Shown piece by piece: positions 1 through 11,951 of a stretch of DNA of 64,000 nucleotides (the stretch's first letter is position 1; every line of letters begins with the position of its first letter). The position numbers and the translations under genes were made by a program. This DNA is from Lingula anatina (lineage: Eukaryota; Animalia; Brachiopoda): NCBI GenBank assembly GCA_051362555.1, contig CM120642.1:9982001-10046000 (forward strand). The letters are read 5' to 3'. The notes beneath the pieces were generated by a model. It was given only the letters and a program-made list of their open reading frames with translations, made no database searches and was not told where the DNA came from.

Positions 1-1
1 G

Positions 2-1204
2 ATCCACAGCTTTCTGAAAATGCCAGTTTCCTTGATCGATGTCACTGTGAATAATTTCAATGTAAAACTGGCCAAGAACACTGTGCGCTGCTGGCTCTGA
101 AGGTTTTAGCTGAGTAGCAGTGGTAAGATTTCTAATCACTTGTTTGATGGTATTTTCTTCGTTTGGGATTTGTTTAAGCACCATGCCTTCACGCATCACA
201 GTCCCATAGCGAACAAGCAAACTGTAGTTATTGGGAAATTTGGAAAGGGCTTCCTTTACCAATTCCACAGCTTGCTGATATTTTTGCACCTTTCTGCTGT
301 AGTTAATCATTGTGTTATACACATATATGTTACTATTGCTACTGGTGGCCTTCAGTTTAGACTGAGCTTGTTGAAGGGAATAGTCTGGATCAAGCCAGGG
401 GACAGTGTCTTTTCGTTGTTGGATCCATTCTTTCCCGGCTGGTTTGGACATGGCAACACACAATGTGTGAATTATTCGTGCATAACTTTCAGCATCATTT
501 GGGGCAAGATACACAAGCTCATAAAGATGTTCTAAAATGGTATTAAGGGTTTGCTTAAGATCAGATTCACTTATGTGTTGATGCTGTTGGAGTCTTTCTT
601 CTATGTGCCGTAATTCCATAAGAATCATCTCGGATACTATTTCTTTGTGACCATCAGAATCCCGGTAAAGCTGAGAAAAACATATCCGTGCATTAAGAGA
701 GTACTGACTTCCTAAACGGGCATAACGAAATGCCTCTTCAAATTTTGCCTGTCGAACAGCTGATGGGTTTTCTTTCAGCATTTCCAGCTTAGATAAAATT
801 TCCTGTATTCTTTCTTCATTTTGTTCTTTCACGGCTAACTTACCAAGGCATGCCCATGCAGTTATATTGTTGGGATCAAGTTTGAGAATTGTTTGAAAAA
901 TTTCCTTGGCGGCCTTAGCATTTCCATGCACCTTATATTGTAAATATCCACTACAGTTCCCTAAGGCAAAGTCTGTCTTACTGTTTCCTATTTCATTCAG
1001 TGTATCCAGTTTTCTAATGGCGTGGGGTAGTCCAGCCTCTTCGGTGCTTGTGTCAAAAGGATTGGGGTAATGGCGTAGTTTTTCATCATATTTGGCGAGA
1101 TTGATGATTTTCTGGAAAGCTGTTAGCTCTTTCTCCTGAGCACCATCTTGTTTGTTGGGTAGAGGGAGCACATTTTTATGTTTGGAGAGTTTGTTCCGCC
1201 ACAT
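2..1204 (-). CDS. TPR-repeat protein, TTC22/IFIT-like; single long exon, 3' end runs off window
   Basis: Manual translation gives 401 stop-free codons from ATG 1204 to the window edge: MWRNKLSKHK...LGNCSGYLQYKVHGNAKAAKEIFQTILKLDPNNITAWACLGKL...YQQAVELVKEALSKFPNNYSLLVRYG...LKPSEPAAHSVLGQFY...GNWHFQKAVD. It has repeated TPR signatures (A..F/Y..AL..DP/FP.N). The segment 'LDPNNITAWACLG' recalls TTC22 from memory. Not in the ORF track because the stop is outside the window. Confidence 0.8.
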   Translation of the reverse strand, partial: MWRNKLSKHKNVLPLPNKQDGAQEKELTAFQKIINLAKYDEKLRHYPNPFDTSTEEAGLPHAIRKLDTLNEIGNSKTDFALGNCSGYLQYKVHGNAKAAKEIFQTILKLDPNNITAWACLGKLAVKEQNEERIQEILSKLEMLKENPSAVRQAKFEEAFRYARLGSQYSLNARICFSQLYRDSDGHKEIVSEMILMELRHIEERLQQHQHISESDLKQTLNTILEHLYELVYLAPNDAESYARIIHTLCVAMSKPAGKEWIQQRKDTVPWLDPDYSLQQAQSKLKATSSNSNIYVYNTMINYSRKVQKYQQAVELVKEALSKFPNNYSLLVRYGTVMREGMVLKQIPNEENTIKQVIRNLTTATQLKPSEPAAHSVLGQFYIEIIHSDIDQGNWHFQKAVD

Positions 1205-3310
1205 TCTTCTGACATATCCGACAGTGTCTTTAATTCATGGTTGATCAGGAGCGTCACAAGTCAGGTAAACGCCATGGTCCATCCTGTAGCAAATGTGTGG
1301 ACAACGTAGATTGCTCTTTTTCGTGAAAAAAAAGAACATAAATCTTATTGAATCGTCATAATTGGTTGTCCAAGACTTTGTCTTGACCTCCATATCAAAG
1401 AAAATAGTACAATCATTTAGCTCTGTTGCTATTTTTCTAACTGCACAATATTTATTGATGCAATTGATTACAAATTCTTCACAGGTCTTTTCATATGTTA
1501 TGTAAAGGTATTGGAGAAAAAAAAACTGTCTTGGCCTACTGGGCATGTACAGCCAAATGCACATTAGAACTGCCAGCAAATTGCTTTCTAAAGGCAACAT
1601 TTACTTGTAGAAAAAAAATTGTAAACTCCTGCAAATTTTTTGCAATTCCTGCTCATGTTTATTTCTTTAGAGCTGGACCCTGGGACCTTAGATATCAATA
1701 CATTGAACCTCAGGTTGCCAACACAGACAGACACCTTTGTTCATGTTTGTAGACTTTGGATAACCTTTCTCTCATACTGTATGGTAGTTATTTTCAATTT
1801 TGACCCTATCAATATCCCAATATTCTCTGTTTTGGCCTTGTCAATATTCCAATATCTGCTTTACAACATAGGGTTAATTTATCGTAAAATTAGCTTTGAG
1901 ATTAATTGTAGCGAGCACGACAGAATTGATTGATAAGAGATAAGCAGTGTCTTGTTAGAAGGATAAACTTCTATATAGCTGTCTGAATATTGTTAATGGC
2001 ATATATAGGATTAAAGGATAAACGTGTTGCAATAATAGAAACAGTTATTACTGATACATATTTGGATTTGATCAACACTATAGGGAATTGTTGCAGTATT
2101 GACTTCTGAACTTGCGTAAGGCAGAGAAGAAACTGTACTTACATATCATAAGAAATATTTGTTGATGAAAAATGCATCTTCAACACTAAAAGCGATACGA
2201 GTTGAATAAAAAATATATAGATATATGACAGATATTTACCTGTGTTATGTGCTCCGGATATTCCTATTTCATAATGTTGAATATAGTCGGTGATGTAATG
2301 AATATTTACTTATCCCACATTGGTGACACTTCTGATTTTAAGTTCCATCAGTTATGCTGCCTGGGGAATATTGAAATTACATACTCTCATCTCTTCAACA
2401 ATGATAACTCCATCTGCATGTGGTTTGGATTCTGTCATATATTTTGTCTTTCGAAATTTTGAAATGCTTTTCCCTTGTCTCTAGGGGCAGAGACTTATTA
2501 CACCTGTTCTTCACACCTCTCCTGCTGATGTTTCCATTAAAGTAATATAAGCAGTGGTGGTATTTTTAAAAATGCTTGAATTTCATTTCTATGTTGACAT
2601 TGTGGCATAACTGAATAAAAGAGAACAATAAATTGTTGGTCTTTTCTTTCTTCTTGGTTTGTTTTGAAAATAAGCGATTGGAAGTTTTGAAAACTTTAGA
2701 GGAGCCCTCAAATAATCTGTACAAAAGATTAAACAAATTTATTCCGTATCAGCGAATGTTTTGAAAATTGGGATATATAATAGGTCTGTATAAGTTTTTT
2801 TGCTTTTATTACACGTAACATTTGACTCATTCAGTATGGTCAATTATTCAATATATTACAAATAAGCCAGTTGCCAATGCAAGTGAAGTGTACAAGAAGT
2901 TGACATGCCAACCGTGACCTTTGTATTTATCTATGCCAAAATCTGCTTTATTAGGGAAAAGAGCAGTGAACCCAATCAGGCTTTTAATTATAACTTAATA
3001 GATTAGATGTTATATGATACATTTTTTGCTTTTCTGCAGCATATTTATAATTATGTTTTTTCTTGTTATTGAAATTTGTTTATTCACTTTGATTCATAAA
3101 AGATTTTTTTTGGGATATGTTGAAATTATGATTAAAGCACGCTATTGGTGATATTGTTAAGTTTTTCTCTCAAAACATTTTTACATTTTTTCTGTCCTTA
3201 TTATCTGACAAAAATGAGGAATCTAGCTTAAGATCATGTCATTTAACTTTTGCAATGCAGGTTTTGACTTTTGAAAACTTTTTCTGAATAAAAGTTCTTC
3301 TTTTGTTTAG

Positions 3311-6300
3311 GGTAAGATAGCTGGTGGCTTATCAATTCACAGCAAGGCCTCTCAGGAAAGTTTTCAAACCCTGGTTAACTACGTGGAGAAACCCCAGTAA
3401 GTGTTGATATTAAAAGTGAAACACACTGCCTGTGTGAAGGTATCCATCACATGTTCAAATAATAAAAAGGTTCCTCAAGTCATTAAGTCACTGTGGTTTG
3501 TTATATTCACATATTATTTGATGCACTTAGTGTTGATAATGAGTAATAAAACATAAACAAAGAAAGAATTGTAAATTTCAAGTGGATATCTTATTTTTTG
3601 GGGGAAATCAATTTTACAGTAGGTGTCAGAACAGAATATACCTGATTATAAAACACTGTAGGAAAAGATGTTAAGTTTAGGCTGAACACAATAGAAAGTG
3701 AAAAATTACATAAGTGATAATTAAAAAAAAGCAACTGCATAAGTTCAGTTTGATTTTTCTAACCTTATAAAAGTGACTTTTTTTAAATAAGCAAAAATAG
3801 ATAGAATATATTTCCTAATTATCTTCAGATGCAGACATGCAGCTATCGCCAAATACTTTGAAGATGACAGACCAGATTGCAATCAAGGCTGTGACTACTG
3901 CAAAAATCCGCGTCAGGTGGAAAAAATGGTGGACATGCTACAGAAAGGGGTTTACGCCAATGCCAACAAGGATCGCCGTAGCAGGACCATGATGGTGACG
4001 GAGTCTGCAGGCCCTGATCCTGATATGTATGGAGGGGGGAGAAAAGGAGCTCGGAGGTGTGCATGAGGCGTTTTGTTGTTTGTTATTTCAGTTTCAGGGC
4101 TCTGATGCAAATGATGGATAATTATGCCAGAAAGGAGGTTGATAAATCAATTATGTCCACATCCCAGCCTGATTATTTGTTTATACAGAAAATCAGAGTT
4201 TAAAAAGAAGCTTTGGGTTGTTATAGTAATTGATTGGAGAAGTGTTTTTGTACATAACAATTTTTAAAGGGGCAAGGTTGTTGACCAATTTTTTAAAAAA
4301 ATTTATCTTTCTTACTGTTGGATCCTTGATGTTATGTATTTGAAAATCTTTTTTTTCTCCTATTTGTTATCTAGTGAGTGGAGTGATCATAGTGATGAGG
4401 ATGGGGAGGATGTTTATAGAAGAGAGAAACGTGAGGAGAAAGAGAAAAAGCAGAGGCATCAGTTCATTTTGAATGAGTTTAAGAAAAGGAAAGGGGCTCA
4501 GGTGTGCAATATAATTTTTTTTGTCCACATAGCAATTTATTCCATGTGCATATTCAAGTGAAAGTATAATCACTTATTTGTTGTTGACTTCCTGTGTAAT
4601 TGATGGCAAATTTCAAACATTACAGAACACCTACTTTCAGCTTGTTGTCAAGATGTCGCTATAGGTAATAAAAAAGTCTTTCTTGCCTGAAGCTAACTTG
4701 ATTTGTACATTAAATTTCTTGTGAAATTTAATGAATCATAAATATTATTTTTATTGTCAGATGCCAACACTCACCAAAGCTCGAGCTGTTTTTGTTTCAA
4801 AAAGGATTTGAGATATTTAATTTGTAGGTTCATTTGTTTATATTTACTAATTTTAAAACATACAATTCCTTAATCTATAATGGGGAATTCATTTTAAATG
4901 CTTACTCCACTTAAGCAGTTTTACATGATCAGTAAGTTAGTTTTCAATTTGTTTTAGCTGAAGGATAATGGTAAAGAAGACTTTGAAGCTCCTGACGATG
5001 ACTGTCCCTTGAGGGATGCATTTAATCAGAGAATTCCTAAACTTACTGTGAAGGTGAGAAAATCAACAAGTGAGAAAGAAGAAGAAAGATTGAACATTAT
5101 TTCATGATCAATCTGTGGTTATAAAACTTGTTAGGTTAAATGTTAGATTATATATGTTGTGGAATTATTAAAACCTGTCCATTGTTTTGTCTTTTGTTGA
5201 GTTTGGGGATCTATTGCCTATATAGTAAGTTATTTTGGCATGATAAACATCAGTATTACAAAGAAGTAAAAAGCTAAATTCAACATAAAAAGCTTATTCA
5301 CATTTTTACTTAATGCTTGAGAAGAAAAACACGAGGATGGCATCAGTGATTTTTATGCATTTAAAACACTTTAAAGCATTATTTTGTAAATTACACTTAA
5401 AAAAATGCAATTTTTTTTTTTTTTTGCAGAACCGTGAGCACTGTTTTCAGATGCTGGAAGAGGCACTGAAAACCAACTTTGTGCAGTATTTTAGTGATAA
5501 CCCTGTCAAACTGCAGGCCATGGATTATGAACCTAGGTGCTGCGCCATTGATCAGGAGTATGAAGTGTTTAAAGCTAACAAACTAGCTAATGTATACAGG
5601 TAAATGTGGAGCTTTAGTATAGTGTTATTAATTTGATTAGATCTTTAACAGACTATAACGTTGAAGGCGACATTTAAATACAACAAATTAAATATTTAGA
5701 TATTGTCTGATTTGTAATGATTTTTTTATCATTTTTAGGATGGAAAAGTACAAAAATTACTTGTACATTAAGACTAATTTAGTAATTTTTATTAAAAGAA
5801 AAAATATATAGCAGGTGGCTGTAAAGTTAATGTTAATGGAACTTATGTGTACCTGTACATTAAGTGATGATTGTTAAAATGTGTTTTTTTCCTTCTGTGA
5901 ATGTATTTATGTTCCTATGTGTAGGGCCAATGTTATAAAGAAGATAAATGAAATCAAGAAGTGCACTCAACAGAATCAAATCCATGATTGCCTCGTGCCA
6001 AAATATGCTCCAGATTCTAATCCTGTGGAACCCTTTTGTGAAGATGATACTGAATGCATGGGAGCAGACTCTCTTATAACAGATTCAAATGCTGAAAAGG
6101 ATGATGCGGATCCTGATGTACAATGTAGTTTCATTTCAGCATCTTCTTTAGTAAAAAAGCCAGAAAATTTTGATAAATCAAAGATTTCAAACTCCTTAAT
6201 TCCCGCCTCTTTGTTGCAAAGCACAGCAGATGGTGTTAAACCAGCAACAGTGTCTCAGTTCTCTGGGTTTAAGCCTGCCTCATCAATATTAGATCAGTCA

Positions 6301-7005
6301 GCCAAAGCTGTGATGGGTTTTAGCAAGGCAAGCAGCCTGATCACATCCTTTTCTTCAGCCAGCAGTCATGACAAATCTGCAGCCACAGAGGCAGAAGAAC
6401 CATCACATAAAAGAAAAAAGCAGACCAAACTTCAGCAGATTGCTGCAAAAAATGGACTGAAACCCATCACTTCTTTCTTTGATAAACCATCCTCTGAGTC
6501 AAGTAATGCCCCACAAACATCTCTGGACATATCAGAATCTGATGAGGAGCCTCAATTAGAGATTGACCTTGACATTGGAAATCCTACACACGGGTCACCT
6601 TCACCTTCACATTTCAAGGCAGTAATTAGTGAGACAAAAGATGACAACAAATCTGTGTCCAGTAATTCTAAGGTGCCTCATATGAAACATTTCTTTGAAG
6701 TTAGTGACTATGATAACATGAAGACAAGGCTGCCACACAGTGTGAAAAACTACTTCACAGCTCCTGGAGAGGGGCAGAATTTGGAGAAAGGCAAGAAGAG
6801 GTCAAGGGAAGAGGTAAACTCCTTTATTCACTCTTTGAACTGGAACTGTGATATACATCTGCAGTTTTCTTATTGATAAAATGATCATACTGAAATTTTA
6901 GAAAAATGAAATGAAGTTTCTAGTACGTATTTTATAAATGTTGTGAAACTTCAGTTTGATTACAGATTGGTGAAGTGCCATATTGCTTGATGGAAAATTC
7001 AAATA

Positions 7006-7044
<39 letters not shown>

Positions 7045-8520
7045 TGTAGGAATCTACTGCTCATAAAAGTAAACAATTGAAGGAGGATACACAGCATACA
7101 TCTGGACATTATCACAAGAGCTCTAGTCACCAAAAAGACAGCAGTGTCAAACATACTCTAAATAAACAGAAACACCAACCTAGGGAGGAAAGTGCAATAG
7201 ATGTGAAAATGGAAAATGAGGCAGGGAATTTGCCTTTAACTGATGGTTTTTGCAATAAAGATCTAGCTTCTGCATCAAAAGGCTCTCTTGTGTATAACCC
7301 AAAATCAAGCCTCAAAGATGTTCCCAAGAACAGAGCTCATGTGCATTTTGATAGCATAGCTGATATAAAAAAATTGCCATCTTCAAAATCAAAATCACTC
7401 AAAGGACATGATAATGGATTGCAGAGCTCTAGGAAATCAACCGAGAAGTCAGCGAGTAGAAAATCAGCACCACACAATATGAGCAGTGAAGAAGGTTTGA
7501 AAAACACTGCTGCCTTAATAGTGAAATACTTGACTGGGTATTACAAGGAAGGGAAGTTCACCTCTAAGGTAGATATCCTTTAACTAAAAAGTGAATTGCC
7601 TAGTTACACTACATATACCAGATAATGGTTGGACTTGAGTAAGTCTATTTGCAGCATGTACATGTAAATGTAGTTATCTGGAACATGTTCAAATTGATAG
7701 TTCTAAGATTTACCTTTATTTATGTGTTCAAACTTTGTGTTGCATTTTAATTTGATTTCATTTGGTATTTTTAAAATCCAATAATGAAAAGACATCAGGA
7801 TAATTTGTAAATTATTTCACACTTTTTGACATTTGAATATTTTTTATGTTTTCTATCTAATTTTTGCAGGAATTATTTAAGCTCCTTGCAAAGAAGTTAT
7901 CTCACAAATTGTCAAACAGCCAAGGTGTTACTTCTAAAAATGGTAAGTTATGGTTCAGATTTTACATCCCAGTAATTATTTAGGGACAGTGTGATAAAAA
8001 ATGACAAAGTAAACTAAAACAAATTTCATGTTTCAGTAATAAATGTGAAGGCAATTTTAGTGTCTGTGCCTGTTCCACCTGCATGCTTCTATTGAACTCT
8101 CATTCCATTATTTTGAGTGAGTGGGAAGTTCATTTTGTGCTTTATTCTAAAATTTAACTGAGGTGTAAGATTATTTGTATCCAGCAGGATTGAATTACAC
8201 CATTTCTCAGTCCAGACTGTTAATTCAAGGATGTATTTTCAAGATGGCTGGTAAACAATTACTATTCAGTGGCTATAAGCTGATATCTGTAATGCATAGG
8301 CAGGCATTTGTCTGTATTTTATACCAGTAATTTTAAGTTGAGTATCTTGCCTAGTTGTATGTTTTAAACATGTTATCAGTTATAAATTATTTTATTCTTT
8401 CCAGTGAAATTATGTGCCAAAAGTATCGTGAAAGAGTTTTTTAAAACCTGTCAGAAAGTGGAGCACAGAAGTCAGCTGGAGGATGGGATCATAGAGAGGC
8501 TGGAATTTGGTGTGTACTAA
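3311..8520 (+). CDS. RECQL5: ATP-dependent DNA helicase RecQ5, 3' part (helicase core exons lie upstream of window)
   Basis: GT-AG, phase-consistent exons: 3311-3396, 3829-4056, 4375-4501, 4958-5053, 5430-5599, 5925-6813, 7050-7568, 7870-7942, 8405-8520 (TAA). Contains the RECQL5 Zn-binding motif CRHAAIAKYF..DRPDCNQGCDYCKNP, DPDMYGGGRKG, IRI/KIX-like PDDDCPLRDA..RIPKLTVKNREHCFQMLEEAL and SRI-like LIVKYLTGYYKEGKFTSKELFKLLAKKLSH. Confidence 0.93.
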
Positions 8521-10794
8521 CAATCGTGGTTCTGGATAGGTGGCAGCACAGGTACAGGGGATCTTAAGACTTCACTTATACCAGGAAGTGTATGAAGCCA
8601 CATGTATTTGCTTGATAACTATAACTGTACATCTTTGTTTAATTTCAAATTGTGCAATATGCAAAGCAATTTCAGAAAAAAATTATTTTGCATTTGGAAA
8701 ATACAGAACAGCTTGTGGCCAAATTGAAATTCTTATTTTATGCATGAGAGCTGGTCTATTGTCAGTTATATATTTTAATTTGGAGCAAAACAATAAGTAG
8801 ACATGGATGCTGTGGTTTTTTTTTAAAATTGTTTTATTTCCAGTTTTAAGCATGCTATTCAAAAACTAGAATACAAATAAGAATGTATCTCATATGACAG
8901 TCTTCTACACTTGTAAGTTGGATATTGTTGTTTCACCTTACTTGCCATTATATTTATGTGTACAATAACTGTATACATTACTGATAAAACCAGTTCAGTA
9001 AATATCATCAACATATTGCTTAACTACCACATATCATTGAGGGTGGACATTTTTTACATATTTTATAATTGCTCTAAAAATGAGCTTACACATTTACACT
9101 GCAGAGCAATGGTTTTACTTTTAGCACACAACAATGAACTGTGTGGAGGTTTTACCCTTGTTTTAGGTACAGAATGGCTCCATGTTTATGTGTCTTGTAA
9201 ATGAAGGCAAATGTCTTGTAAAGATACTAATAAAATAAACTAAGTAGAGCTAATAAAATGAAATAAGTATAGAAATGTATTATGTAAATGGTGCTATATA
9301 ATAAAATTGTTAAAAAAATATTTAAATGGTGTACTTTCAGTTATTACACCTAACCAGCTGTTTAGTAAGAAAGATAACTATTTTTCTTCTGAAATAAATA
9401 AGATATTAAGTATTAATTCAACTTATAGTATAACTTTGTCAAACAATATATTTAAACAGGCCCATAGCCAGCAGTTTCAAAAGGGGGTTCTTTTTCTGAA
9501 AAAGTGGACCTTTTACCATGAAACCTTTTTTTTCATTTGACCCCCCCCCCCCTGGCTACGGGACTGTTAAAAATACAGTATCCTATTAATATCTTTCCAA
9601 AATATAATTGCATCCTATGTTAGATATGTTAGCTATTCTGTCATCTCATTGAAACTGAATAGTATGAATATTTGAGCCAGTCATATTATAAATATGAATT
9701 TGTGAACCTGTCACTCAAAAATAAAACTAAAGGTAATACATCTTTGTGAACCTGTCACATTATATGAAAACTGACTTTTATACAACTCCCTGATCTGATT
9801 CCTTGACTCAAAAATTGAATGTTATATTATCTTAGTGACTTTGTCACTATGTAAAAAATATTGAATGTCATATACATCTGTGAGCCTGTTACTTGACATG
9901 AAAAATATTCTTATCATATCAAGATAAGAGAAAAAAACACTAAAAATCTTTTCCAGTATAAAATATGTGCAGCTGTAGAAGCTTGAGGAAGACTTACGTA
10001 AGTGGTAAAAATTACATTTCACTTCCATTTGTTTAAGTCTGTCTTTGCATGAAAATTGGTACTCCTAACAATCATGTACATGTATTGCATACTTCATCAT
10101 TTTGCAACTTGACATGAAAAAGTCCAGTTCTGAGCATGGTTAAGATGTACCAATTTATGCCTTTGAAATATGTGCCAAAAACAAACAAACAAACAAAAAA
10201 TAATAATAAATAAATAAATGAAAAACCTTTGTATTTACAAAAATGTGCACCTGTAAAAGAAGACATAATTGTATATATTTTATCTTGTTACTTGAAACCA
10301 AAACTAAATACTACACCGATCCTTGACACAAAAAATATCCGATTTATGCCATGGTATAATGTATATACATTTTTAAAAAATCAGGTGTCCAAAAGAAAGA
10401 ATACTGAAAAATCTTTGTACAAAAATGTGCAGCTGTAAAAAGCAACCTCATTATCTAAAATAATACACATAAGATTTAATACATGCAGTATTACTTATTC
10501 ATGGCATGGCATGGTTACCATGGCCTCAGCTGTTATTGAAAAGCAAAGCAGATTGGCTAAAATAATGGAAGCTGTTAGTGGGTAAATAACTATCGCAGCT
10601 TCAGTTGACATGCCAGATATCTAAGCTGCTTAATCTGAATGGAATTTAGAGATAATCCCCTCAGAGATGGGTCGATCCAGCTAGATTGATCTAGGTATGG
10701 GAATGGGGTCTCAGATCCCCCCCCCCCCCAAGTTGGTAGTTTGTCTTGAAAATTTAGCCTCTTTTTATGGACCCTTTACTTATCTCTTTTTCCA

Positions 10795-11904
10795 TCAATG
10801 GCCATGTTTCTGTTTATCCACCAGCATGGTGCAGATCTTATCCAAAGCATCAAATCTTTCTAAATATTTCAGTGTCTTCAACACTGAATCCACACTCTTA
10901 TTCAAGGTGGTCATCTTTTGCAAAATGGCCAGTGTCTTGCTGTAGGGTTTGCCCTCCCTCATGTTCTGTAGGTCTCTGTGGGTCAGTCCCACATCTGAGG
11001 CAAGGCCAAAGTGAAACCAGCTCTTACCGCAGGCTGGAATCGTGTTGTCTGGGTCCAGGTATTTTGCAAGCATCTCCTGGCAGTTGTAACACCAGTCTTC
11101 AGTCTTGATGTCTGAATGGAAAAATGGAGGAATAAGTTCATTACTCATACACTGGGAAACAGCTGTGCAATTAGTGCCCCTGGAAACATGGCTGCACATT
11201 TATTGTCAGTAGATTAATCTTTTATGTGCCTAGTTGACAGAAAATTTGTGGGGAGACATATTGAGAAAAGAAGTGTGTTGTAAGAAATGAAAGCACTTAT
11301 TTTAAATTCTAGCAGTTTACCTCTTGCTATCTCTAAAGCTTCCTTGTAAACATGCATATTGAATACCTGAAAATCATAACGAAGATGAATTTAAAAAAAA
11401 AAAGAAAAACAAAGGAAATCAGTCAGTGAAAAGACACAGTGAAATATGACAGTAATATTAATGTACATGTGCCTTTTAGTCCTGTCCAACTTCATGTGGT
11501 TACTGAAGTACATTGTAAAACCCCTTGTAATATCCAGACAATGTCTTTTGCACATTTGTGGGCACATGTTTAGATAACTGTTTCTGCATGCTAATTATCA
11601 TTTGGTATATTTGGGTTAAAATAAAATCATAAAATCCACTTAAATTGCCTTTTTAATTTTGGTCAGTATATAAATCTTTATAAAGTGGTCATCTGTCCTA
11701 TAATAAATAGCACACATGTATAAATGCAAGGCATTTGACTTAGTTTAACTATATAATAATAGGAGAATATCACCCCAAGTTACTCACTTGTTGGTAATAA
11801 CACATCGAGGCCACAGTCTGTGTATTGTCTGTTAGACTTTCTGCAGCTGAAACAAGATTTCAAAAAATGCTTATAACAAACATTACCATTATTTCATTTT
11901 TACC

Positions 11905-11951
<47 letters not shown>

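Noticed and set aside
140-535. 131-aa plus-strand ORF
   Set aside because: Shadow of the longer minus-strand TPR ORF; no recognisable features.
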